Shown here: positions 38,098-45,806 of the stretch, piece after piece | Position numbering within the stretch: position 1 is the first letter of the stretch | Layout of the letters: every line of letters begins with the position of its first letter | Assembly (NCBI GenBank): GCA_964537245.1 | Contig: CAZHZL010000003.1 | Location: 559-64,558 of the forward strand | Direction: 5' to 3' | Source: an uncultured Oscillospiraceae bacterium | Lineage (GTDB): Bacteria > Bacillota > Clostridia > UMGS1840 | Length of the DNA: 64,000 bases | Notes under the pieces: generated by a model | What the model saw: the letters and a program-made list of their open reading frames with translations, nothing else | The model's database searches: none | What the model was told of the DNA's origin: nothing | Made by a program: the position numbers and the translations under genes

Positions 38098-38700
38098 TTA
38101 ACCTATAAACATCTGCGTCCAGTAGTTCCCACTTTTCACATAGCCTACTCCGATTTTTGTATACGATGAATTTAAAATATTTGCACGGTGCCCCGAAGAG
38201 TTCATCCACGCATTAACTACCGCCTGTGGCGTTGTCTGCCCTTTTGCTATATTCTCAGCGGCGCGTCTGTAAGATATGCCGAAATTTTTTATCATATCAA
38301 ATGGAGAGCCATAAACAGGACTTGTGTGCGAAAAATATTTATTATCCTTCATATCCTGAGATTTATATCTTGCTACACGGCTTAACTGCCAATCCTCAGT
38401 AAGTGTATTCAATCCGTTTTTTACCCTTATCTCATTTACAAGTCTTATTACTTCAGTTTCAAAGCTTCTTACAGATGAATCGGTAGAAGGGATATTGATT
38501 ATCTGTCCCGGATAAATCAATTCCGGATTTACTATCTGCGGATTTGCATTTTTTATTTCACTGAGTCCAACTTCATATTTTACGGCTATCTTCCACATAC
38601 TGTCCCCTTTTTCAACTGTATGCGTTGCCGCCATTGCGCCAAGCGATAACATAAGGACAGCCTGTGTTGCAGCTACTGTTGATATAATTAACTTTTTCAT
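38098..38700 (-). CDS. Secreted LysM plus CAP/SCP (YkwD-like) domain protein
   Basis: Signal peptide, a LysM motif (HTVEKGDSMWKIAVKYEVGLSEIKNANP...IYPGQIINIP), then a CAP domain (NAWMNSSGHRANILN). Confidence 0.8.
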   Translation of the reverse strand: MKKLIISTVAATQAVLMLSLGAMAATHTVEKGDSMWKIAVKYEVGLSEIKNANPQIVNPELIYPGQIINIPSTDSSVRSFETEVIRLVNEIRVKNGLNTLTEDWQLSRVARYKSQDMKDNKYFSHTSPVYGSPFDMIKNFGISYRRAAENIAKGQTTPQAVVNAWMNSSGHRANILNSSYTKIGVGYVKSGNYWTQMFIG

Positions 38701-38786
38701 ATTCTGTACCTCCTGAAAAATAATTACCTATCCATTATACCATAGTAAAGTATAAAAATCAAATGTAATTACTGGAAGTACGCCTG

Positions 38787-39236
38787 TTACAAAATCTCGC
38801 TACTGTCAATAACTAAAGTAAACGGACCGTCATTAATAAGAGACACCTTCATATCTGCTCCGAAAATTCCACACTCGGTATTTTTAAAAAGCTCTTTACA
38901 TCTTTTTAAAATATATTCGTAAAGCTCTTCTGCTAAATCAGGACTTCCCGCATTTATGAAGCTCGGACGGTTACCCTTCTTACAATCTGCATAAAGAGTA
39001 AACTGAGAAACTACAAGAATTTCTCCGCCTACCTGATCTATGCTCAGATTTGTTTTTCCGTTTTCGTCCTCAAAAATTCTGAGCTTTGAAACCTTTTCTA
39101 TCATTTTGTCGGCAATTTCTTTATTATCGGTATTTGAAACACCTACAAGAAGAAGATATCCTTTTCCTATTTTTCCGGTTATTTCTCCATCAACCTTGAC
39201 TTGTGCCTCAAGCACCCTTTGTAAAACAAATTTCAT
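38787..39236 (-). CDS. dtd: D-aminoacyl-tRNA deacylase
   Basis: MKFVLQRV..., SQFTLYAD, and [15 protein letters not shown] motifs. Confidence 0.95.
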   Translation of the reverse strand: MKFVLQRVLEAQVKVDGEITGKIGKGYLLLVGVSNTDNKEIADKMIEKVSKLRIFEDENGKTNLSIDQVGGEILVVSQFTLYADCKKGNRPSFINAGSPDLAEELYEYILKRCKELFKNTECGIFGADMKVSLINDGPFTLVIDSSEIL

Positions 39237-39345
39237 CTATATTACCTCTTTTTCTGTTTTATTGCAAAATTTCAAGCTCTGTTATAGTATCATATTTTAC
39301 TGATTTTGTCAATAGAATCAGCTTTGCAATTTTTAATTTTGCACC

Positions 39346-39391
39346 ATAAAAAAACAAGGGGTGTTGCATTAACCACCCCTTGCAGTTTTTA
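39346..39391. terminator. Bidirectional terminator downstream of the DUF378 gene
   Basis: AAAAAAA-CAAGGGGTG (39355-39363), loop, CACCCCTTG (39374-39382), CAGTTTTT. Confidence 0.75.
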
Positions 39392-39397
39392 AGTGCG

Positions 39398-39604
39398 TTA
39401 TTTTGTTTTGGTTTCTTTATCACGAAAAAGAATTGTTATTGCCCATAGTCCTGCAATGCCGACAAGAGCAAATATAATTCTTGATATAGGTGCAGCAACG
39501 CCGCCAAAAATTGACGATACGACATCTACACCGAAAAGACCAATACTGCCCCAGTTGAGCGCACCTACTATGACAAGTATAAGTGCTATTGTATCAATAA
39601 TCAT
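39398..39604 (-). CDS. DUF378 family small membrane protein
   Basis: MIIDTIALILVIVGALNWGSIGLFGVDVVSSIFGG is the typical DUF378 signature. RBS GGAGGA lies before ATG 39604. Confidence 0.8.
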   Translation of the reverse strand: MIIDTIALILVIVGALNWGSIGLFGVDVVSSIFGGVAAPISRIIFALVGIAGLWAITILFRDKETKTK

Positions 39605-39681
39605 AAATTTTCCTCCATTTTTAAGCGTTATTATTTTTCTGTTTATAATTATTGACACTAAAAAAAAATTTATACATTTTT

Positions 39682-40620
39682 TTAATTTTGTGTAGTGTTT
39701 TGTTGTGTTTCTGTCTCTGCTTCCGGCTTTATTCCCAGAAATTCCGTTCTTATAAGCTCTTTTGTAGCAGGAACATCACATATTACATACGAAGCCGCTC
39801 CGATATACATAGGATAGTTCGGCATTTCATACATATGGATACTGTCCTTGGAAAGTGTGCTTAAAAGCGGAACAAGGTCGGTAATATTATATAACGCTAC
39901 ATTAGTATCAAGATTTTTTTCAACCTCTTTAAAAAGATCAGCCGCTTTTGCTATAAGCTCTGCATTCAGCTTCTGCTCATAAAGCGCTTTAACAAAATTC
40001 TGCTGTGCTTCAATTCTGCCTAAATCACCTGTCGGATATGATCTGAAACGACAGAATTGCTCTGACTTGTTTCCGTCAAGAAGCTGATATCCGGGATAAA
40101 GGTCGATATAAAGCCCCTGGTCAGGGTCCGAATATTTCATTCTTTGCGGTACATCTATATAAACCCCGCCCAGTATATCTATTATATTTGCAAAGCCTCC
40201 GGGATTAACAACGGCATAATAGTTTATCGGAAGTCCTGTAAGCTCTTTTACCTTTGATAAAATAGCGTCTACTCTCTGACCATCTCTCGCCGCAGCATAA
40301 ACAGCGTTAATTTTGTTGTTCTGAGAATTTCCTATTGTTACCCTTGTGTCTCTTGGGATACTCATAACATTAAGAACGCTTCTTTTTGTATCAACAGAAG
40401 CCAGCATGATTGTATCGGTAAGAAGTCCGCCCTTATCAGTAGCAAGCAAAAGAATATTCACTCTGCCGTCAGCAACCTTTTCTACCTCTGTCACACTCTG
40501 ATTTTTCACAACAGGATTCAAATACATCTGCGCCGTACTGACTCCTGCCGTAACAGCCAAAACACAAAGTGCAGCAGCTATAATCCTTTTCACAATTTTA
40601 AAAAATATTTTCCAATCCAT
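39682..40620 (-). CDS. LCP (LytR-CpsA-Psr) family glycopolymer transferase
   Basis: N-terminal TM helix and the LCP core (NILLLATDKGG...TDTIMLASVD...VMSIPRDTRV...). Confidence 0.85.
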   Translation of the reverse strand: MDWKIFFKIVKRIIAAALCVLAVTAGVSTAQMYLNPVVKNQSVTEVEKVADGRVNILLLATDKGGLLTDTIMLASVDTKRSVLNVMSIPRDTRVTIGNSQNNKINAVYAAARDGQRVDAILSKVKELTGLPINYYAVVNPGGFANIIDILGGVYIDVPQRMKYSDPDQGLYIDLYPGYQLLDGNKSEQFCRFRSYPTGDLGRIEAQQNFVKALYEQKLNAELIAKAADLFKEVEKNLDTNVALYNITDLVPLLSTLSKDSIHMYEMPNYPMYIGAASYVICDVPATKELIRTEFLGIKPEAETETQQNTTQN

Positions 40621-40626
40621 TATTTT

Positions 40627-41514
40627 TTAGTCCTCTTTATTTTCACTCTTTGGAGTCTCTTTTTCAGTTGCTTTAAATACAGTGTCAACAAGCTCTTTTA
40701 TAGCATTTTCATCAGGAACCATATACGAGGCTCCGCCTATATACTGAGGTGTTGACGGAAGCTGATATGCATTGAGAGTGGCATCGTTAAAATTATAAAG
40801 CGTCTTTGCCAGTCTCGAAATATCAGATAAGCCTATATTGGTTTTGAAATCGTCCTTAACCTGTGAATATATTGTCGGAAGCTTCGCGATCGTTTTTGCG
40901 TTAAGCTTCTGTTCATAAAGCGCTTTTAAAAATTCCTGTTGCGCATGAATTCTTCCCAAATCGGCATTTGCATAACCGCTTCGGTATCTTACATATTGCT
41001 CTGCCATATTTCCGTCCATATGCTGCATTCCCTCGTTAAGATGTATATAAAGGTCCTGCGACGGATCTTCATAGTGCATATTCTGCGGAACATAAAAATC
41101 CACACCACCAAGCGCGTCTATAACATTTCTGAAGCCTTCGGGGTGAATTACAACATAATAATCAAGCTTAAGTCCGATAAGCTCCTCAATTTTCTTTTTT
41201 ACAAGATTGGGACGCTTGTCCTCGTCTTCTCTCTGATATACGCTGTTCAATTTAACATTACTGCCGCTATCCAGCGTAATACGGGTATCTCTCGGGATAG
41301 ACATAAGATTAAGAGACTTAGTGTGTGTATTTACATTGGCAACCATAACTGTATCAGTAAGAAGCCTGCCCTTATCAGTAGCAAGCACAAGCACATTTAC
41401 ATCGCCCTTGACAAAAAGTCCCTTCAATAACATTATTGCCGACGCTAATACAAATATTACCACAGCAACACTCATTATTTTTCTGAAAGTTCTGAAAAAT
41501 AACTTATTATTCAT
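40627..41514 (-). CDS. LCP (LytR-CpsA-Psr) family glycopolymer transferase (tandem paralog)
   Basis: Same architecture and colinear motifs as 39682-40620 (NVLVLATDKGR...TDTVMVANVN...LMSIPRDTRI...). Confidence 0.85.
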   Translation of the reverse strand: MNNKLFFRTFRKIMSVAVVIFVLASAIMLLKGLFVKGDVNVLVLATDKGRLLTDTVMVANVNTHTKSLNLMSIPRDTRITLDSGSNVKLNSVYQREDEDKRPNLVKKKIEELIGLKLDYYVVIHPEGFRNVIDALGGVDFYVPQNMHYEDPSQDLYIHLNEGMQHMDGNMAEQYVRYRSGYANADLGRIHAQQEFLKALYEQKLNAKTIAKLPTIYSQVKDDFKTNIGLSDISRLAKTLYNFNDATLNAYQLPSTPQYIGGASYMVPDENAIKELVDTVFKATEKETPKSENKED

Positions 41515-41552
41515 ATCTGTCCCTCACAATTTATCATAACATTTCATTGTAG

Positions 41553-41581
41553 ATTATAACATATTTATAATAAATTGTCAA
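41553..41581 (-). promoter_or_regulatory. Sigma-A promoter of the LCP gene pair
   Basis: On the minus strand: TTGACA (41581-41576), 17-nt spacer, TATAAT (41558-41553). Confidence 0.6.
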
Positions 41582-41616
41582 TTTATTTAACAAAATATAC
41601 ACAATGATAATGAAAA

Positions 41617-41651
41617 ACGGACTGTTTAAAAATAATTTTTAAACAGCCCGT
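41617..41651 (-). terminator. Long hairpin, probable terminator of minus-strand transcription entering from 41902-42453
   Basis: ACGGACTGTTTAAAAA-TAA-TTTTTAAACAGCCCGT: 15 bp paired with one mismatch. On the minus strand it is followed by TTTT, and it lies just upstream of the LCP promoter. Confidence 0.5.
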
Positions 41652-41760
41652 TGGTTTGGGATAGGAAAAAAGCTTCAGAACGGGCAAACTGAGCCAAAGC
41701 GAAGCTTTGGGACACCCAAAGCTGTATGAGGATACAGCGAGAGGCGAAGTTTGTTCGCAG
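41652..41760 (-). ncRNA. Candidate structured RNA element (3'-UTR-derived or independent sRNA); strand and function unproven
   Basis: A GC-richer patch in an AT-rich intergenic region. It contains consecutive perfect hairpins with overlapping, mutually exclusive arms: CCAAAGC/GCTTTGG, GCTTTGGG/CCCAAAGC, GCTGTAT/ATACAGC and GCGAA/TTCGC. Confidence 0.3.
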
Positions 41761-41901
41761 CAAAAAAAGAAAAATTTTTTTCAAAAAACTAATAAATTTG
41801 TCTTTTTTCTTAATTTTTTATAGTAAAAAATATTAAAATATCCTTAATTTTGATGCTTCGTTTCTTTTTTTGCGGTCTGAACTTTTTTAACATCCCCAAA
41901 A

Positions 41902-42453
41902 TTATGCATTCACACTTTTTCTTCTGAAAATTGCTTTAAATACCGTACGAACAAACGGCTGAATGAAAAAAAGCTGTGTAAAAAATGCAAACGGAAAATT
42001 GAAGCATACGAGCTTTAAGAAATTCGCAAAAAGTGTAATCACATTAAAGCCTGCATAATACGGGTAGTATAAAAATGCGGCGATAAAGCTCATCGCAGGG
42101 CACATAAGTCCGACTGTTGCACAGATAATAGCTGTTTCAAAAAGTACCGGATGCGTATTTTCCGGATTAAACACCTTGCATGCAAGCTTAAACGAGCATG
42201 GACTACCCATAGAAAGCTCAAGCACAATAGCAAGAACGAACTCAACTATAACAACAGCCCATATTGGCACCATCTGTCCGCACAGCATAACTCCGCCCTG
42301 CATTTTTATCGCTTCAAGCACACTGTGTGCATTGTTTACAGCCATAAGCGTTTGACCGTTTACTACATACAGGCTGTAAAAAACATATGAGTGAACGGTG
42401 ATTAAAACTGTTATAAGTGCAAAAACAGTTCTTTCAAATTGATTTCTCGGCAT
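41902..42453 (-). CDS. Integral membrane protein of unknown function
   Basis: 183 aa with about 5 hydrophobic helices. RBS AAAGGAGAAAAA lies before ATG 42453. I recognise no catalytic motif. Confidence 0.5.
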   Translation of the reverse strand: MPRNQFERTVFALITVLITVHSYVFYSLYVVNGQTLMAVNNAHSVLEAIKMQGGVMLCGQMVPIWAVVIVEFVLAIVLELSMGSPCSFKLACKVFNPENTHPVLFETAIICATVGLMCPAMSFIAAFLYYPYYAGFNVITLFANFLKLVCFNFPFAFFTQLFFIQPFVRTVFKAIFRRKSVNA

Positions 42454-42620
42454 AATTTTTCTCCTTTTTTGAGTTTTGTTTTACGGCATAAAAAAACACA
42501 AGCAGACAAGAAACATATAAATCCTTAGATGAAATTACATAATTCCGTAATCAGATTTATGTGCTTCTGCACTACTTGTGTCGTTTATGTATCCGTATTT
42601 ATTTTACATATATTATTTTA

Positions 42621-42866
42621 CTACAATTTTGTAATTTTGTCAATACAGCATTTGCAGATTTTTCTGTTTTTAAAATCAAAAAGCTCTTCTCCTGCTCCGC
42701 AAAATGCACATGCAATTTCGTATTTCTTTATAATCAGCTCGCCTTCGTCACCAACAAAAAATTCCAAAGTATCATCTGCTGAAATATTAATTGCAGCCCT
42801 TACCGGTTTTGGTATAAGAAGCCTTCCCAATGGGTCAAGCTGTTTTGTCACTCCTGTTGCTCTCAT
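42621..42866 (-). CDS. AbrB/SpoVT-family transition-state-regulator-like protein with a Cys-rich C-terminus
   Basis: MRATGVTKQLDPLGRLLIPKPVRAAINISADDTLEFFV..ELIIKKY matches the AbrB N-terminal swapped-hairpin domain. The C-terminus carries CAFCG...KICKCC. RBS GGAGGA lies before ATG 42866. Confidence 0.8.
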   Translation of the reverse strand: MRATGVTKQLDPLGRLLIPKPVRAAINISADDTLEFFVGDEGELIIKKYEIACAFCGAGEELFDFKNRKICKCCIDKITKL

Positions 42867-42921
42867 AATAAAATTCCTCCTGTAATACACTATTTTCCAC
42901 GGTTTTTCCGTGTTTTTCTAC

Positions 42922-42950
42922 ATCATAGCATAAAAAATAAGGATTGTCAA
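42922..42950 (-). promoter_or_regulatory. Sigma-A promoter of the abrB-like gene
   Basis: On the minus strand: TTGACA (42950-42945), 17-nt spacer, TATGAT (42927-42922). Confidence 0.55.
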
Positions 42951-43008
42951 GTATTTTGGCAAAAAAATCCATTTTTTATATTTTTTACCAGTTTTTTCGA
43001 CAAAATCC

Positions 43009-43764
43009 TTATTTTATGACGCTTTTTAAATATGTCAAAGTCTTTGGAACAAAGTCAATCTGCGTAAGAAAAAGTCTTTCAGAAAACATAAAAAGCTCTT
43101 TATGAAAAAGCTCGTTAAGGTTAAATTTCAGAAAAGTGTTCAAGGAAGCCTCCGCTATGTATCTTATGCACTCATATGCGCTGAAGCTGATTTTTTTTAT
43201 ATTTTCGCTGTTTACATTCATACAGCTTTCACAGGCAAGGATATTTTCAACAAAATCGTAACAGACAAAATCAGTTTTCTCAATTACATTTCCGCAAAAC
43301 ATACACTCCGTCATATCAGGCATAACGCCCATTATAAGACAAAGCCTGATTTCAAAAGCAGCCTTTATGAGAAGCGGCGCTTTTAGTTTATTTGCAAGAG
43401 CAAAAAGGCAGTTAAGCGCAAGCCTTAAAATATCTGCGTCAGGCTGTTCAGGCGTCCCAACAGCTTTTACCGCCTCCAGAATGTAACACCCTGTCGCAAA
43501 GGCTTCTATATCCTTTTTAATATCAAAAAAATGCGTTATTATATTACATTCTCTTACAGTATAAATCTGCTTGTTTTTCGTCAGTATATAATCTCCGAAG
43601 GCAAACATATTTATTCCAGCCATATCTTTTCGTTTAAGACTTTTAGCACCGGGAGCCTTAGCGTTTATTATGCCAAATTCGTCTGTATATATTGTAAGCA
43701 TTTTATCGCCTTCGTTAATCTGTGTTTCTCCTACAACAATGCCCTTTGCAGTTAAAAAATCCAA
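43009..43764 (-). CDS. recO: DNA repair protein RecO
   Basis: 251 aa with an N-terminal OB-fold (TAKGIVVGETQINEGDKMLTIYTDEFGIINAKAPGAKS) and a central Cys4 zinc motif (CMFCG...CESC). TTG start. Confidence 0.85.
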   Translation of the reverse strand: MDFLTAKGIVVGETQINEGDKMLTIYTDEFGIINAKAPGAKSLKRKDMAGINMFAFGDYILTKNKQIYTVRECNIITHFFDIKKDIEAFATGCYILEAVKAVGTPEQPDADILRLALNCLFALANKLKAPLLIKAAFEIRLCLIMGVMPDMTECMFCGNVIEKTDFVCYDFVENILACESCMNVNSENIKKISFSAYECIRYIAEASLNTFLKFNLNELFHKELFMFSERLFLTQIDFVPKTLTYLKSVIK

Positions 43765-43824
43765 AAGACTCCCCTCCTTTTTTAATATAAAAAAGAGACG
43801 ACGGTAAACCTACCGTCATTCTCC

Positions 43825-44439
43825 TTATTTTTTCTTAAACGAAATTTTATTTTCAGATTTTGTAAGTAATCTTTTTATATTCTGATGATGGCGAATTATT
43901 ATCTGCACAGCAAGAATAAAGGTTATAACCATTATAAGTGTAATATGCTCTGAAGTTTTGCAGAAAAGCCATACCCATAACGGTGCTGACAATGATGCAA
44001 GAATAGAGCCGAGCGACACATATCTTGACAAAATAATAACCACAACACCTGTAAGAAATACACATAACCCCGCCAAAGGATTGAAGCAGAATACAGCGCC
44101 GCAGGAAACGGTAACACCTTTTCCGCCTTTAAATCCAAAATATATCGGATAGTTATGCCCTAAGCTTGCAGTTAATGCCGCAATATAGGATACAGCAAGG
44201 TCTCTTGTAATAAGGTAAGAAACGCCGTAAGCCGCTACTGCTTTTAAGGTATCAAGCACAAGCACACAAACTGCAGGAGCCGTCCCCAATGTACGAAGTG
44301 TATTTGTTGCACCTGCGTTTTTACTTCCATGCTCTCTTACATCAATTTTGTAAAAAAGCTTTCCTATAATGATTGAAAAATTCAGACTTCCGAACAGATA
44401 ACCGATTACGGCAACAATTAAATATAATAAATATTTCAT
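43825..44439 (-). CDS. plsY: Acyl-phosphate:glycerol-3-phosphate acyltransferase PlsY
   Basis: IGYLFGSLNFSIIIGK, HGSKNAGATN and FKGGKGV motifs. Confidence 0.95.
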   Translation of the reverse strand: MKYLLYLIVAVIGYLFGSLNFSIIIGKLFYKIDVREHGSKNAGATNTLRTLGTAPAVCVLVLDTLKAVAAYGVSYLITRDLAVSYIAALTASLGHNYPIYFGFKGGKGVTVSCGAVFCFNPLAGLCVFLTGVVVIILSRYVSLGSILASLSAPLWVWLFCKTSEHITLIMVITFILAVQIIIRHHQNIKRLLTKSENKISFKKK

Positions 44440-44457
44440 ATCTCAGTCCTCGCTGTA

Positions 44458-45789
44458 TTATAATTTTTTCTTTTCATTTCTTTCGCGGATATAGAACTTG
44501 ATAGGTGTACCCGTGTAATCAAATGCGCTTCTTATTCTGTTTTCCAGATATCTTTCATATGAAAAATGCATAAGTCTCACATCGTTTACAAAGATTACAA
44601 ACTGCGGTGGTGTAACATCAGACTGAACACCGTATAAGATTTTAAGTCTTCTGCCCTTATCCGTAGGTGGCTGAACTCTCGCCGTTGCGTCTGCAATAAG
44701 GTCGTTTAACATACCTGTTGTAACTCTTCTTTGTGAATTTTCATAAACTCTGTCTATCATTTCAAAGATACCTTCAACCCTCTGCCCTGTTTTAGCTGAA
44801 ATGAACAATGAAGGCGCATACATCATATACGGAAATTCTTCCATAACCTCTTTTTTCATTTCGTCCATTGTGTGAGTATCTTTTTCAACGATATCCCATT
44901 TATTGATAACAAATATTGAAGCCTTTCCTTCGTTGTGCGCATAGCCTGCAATTTTTGTATCCTGCTCTGTCGGTCCTTCTGTACCGTCAATAAGAATAAG
45001 ACAAACATCTGCTCTTTCAACCGCAGTATAAGACCTTAAAACAGAATATTTCTCTACCTTTTCATTTACTCTGCTTTTTCTTCTTATTCCTGCTGTATCA
45101 ATAAACAAGTATTTTTTGCCGTCTCTTTCAACATAACTGTCGATTGCGTCTCTGGTTGTTCCAGGAATATTTGAAACAATCATTCTTTCCTCGCCTAAGA
45201 TACAATTTACCAAAGATGATTTTCCCGCATTTGGCTTACCTACAACAGCAACTTTGATAATATCCTCAGCTTCCTCAGAAAGCTCATCGGGAGCAAAACC
45301 TTTTACAACCTCGTCCAGAAGATCTCCCGTGCCCATGCCCTGAATAGCGCTTACAGCAACAGGCTCGCCCATACCGAGACTGAAAAACTCGTAAAACTCC
45401 ATAGGAGGCTGTCCCGGAGAATCGCATTTATTTACAGCAAGAACAACAGGTTTTTTTGACTTCATAAGTATTTTTGCAACTTCCTCATCATCGGGAAGAA
45501 GACCTGTTCTTACATCTGTCAGAAAAATAATAACATCAGCAGTTTCGATTGCAATTTCTGCCTGTGTACGCATCATACCTGTTATTTCGTCATCATTGTC
45601 AGGCTCAATACCGCCTGTATCAATAAGAAGAAATGCTTTGTCAAGCCACTGTGCTTCAGCCATAATTCTGTCACGAGTTACGCCGGGAGTATCCTCAACG
45701 ATAGATACCCTTTTTCCCACTATTCTGTTAAAAAGCTGAGATTTCCCAACATTCGGCCGTCCTACTATCGCAACTATCGGTTTTGCCAT
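44458..45789 (-). CDS. der: Ribosome-associated GTPase Der (EngA)
   Basis: Two tandem G domains (GRPNVGKSQLFN, GKPNAGKSSLVN) plus a KH-like C-terminus. The internal ATG 45789 is chosen (MAKPIVAIVG...). Confidence 0.95.
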   Translation of the reverse strand: MAKPIVAIVGRPNVGKSQLFNRIVGKRVSIVEDTPGVTRDRIMAEAQWLDKAFLLIDTGGIEPDNDDEITGMMRTQAEIAIETADVIIFLTDVRTGLLPDDEEVAKILMKSKKPVVLAVNKCDSPGQPPMEFYEFFSLGMGEPVAVSAIQGMGTGDLLDEVVKGFAPDELSEEAEDIIKVAVVGKPNAGKSSLVNCILGEERMIVSNIPGTTRDAIDSYVERDGKKYLFIDTAGIRRKSRVNEKVEKYSVLRSYTAVERADVCLILIDGTEGPTEQDTKIAGYAHNEGKASIFVINKWDIVEKDTHTMDEMKKEVMEEFPYMMYAPSLFISAKTGQRVEGIFEMIDRVYENSQRRVTTGMLNDLIADATARVQPPTDKGRRLKILYGVQSDVTPPQFVIFVNDVRLMHFSYERYLENRIRSAFDYTGTPIKFYIRERNEKKKL

Positions 45790-45806
45790 ATCTCTCATCC
45801 TTTCTG

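Noticed and set aside
36704-38209. N-terminal extensions given in the ORF track for several genes: 36704-38209, 44458-45867, 45807-47126, 49857-50903, 2719-3405, 12303-12608, 39398-39658 and 7401-9434.
   Set aside because: In each case the extension overlaps the neighbouring gene or a consensus promoter, and it lacks an RBS. An internal ATG preceded by a good Shine-Dalgarno sequence begins the conserved family N-terminus.
41726-41836. A 36-codon ORF (MRIQREAKFVRSKKRKIFFKKLINLSFFLIFYSKKY) as a type I toxin-like peptide.
   Set aside because: It has no Shine-Dalgarno sequence and no promoter on the plus strand. The hydrophobic stretch is too short for a TM helix, and most of the ORF is translated poly-A/T. 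The region is better explained as structured RNA plus an AT-rich spacer.
42898-42912. CACGG-TTTTT-CCGTG followed by a T-run as a plus-strand terminator.
   Set aside because: No plus-strand gene ends upstream of it. It lies inside the predicted 5' leader of the minus-strand abrB-like gene, where it would be a small leader hairpin without a U-tract.
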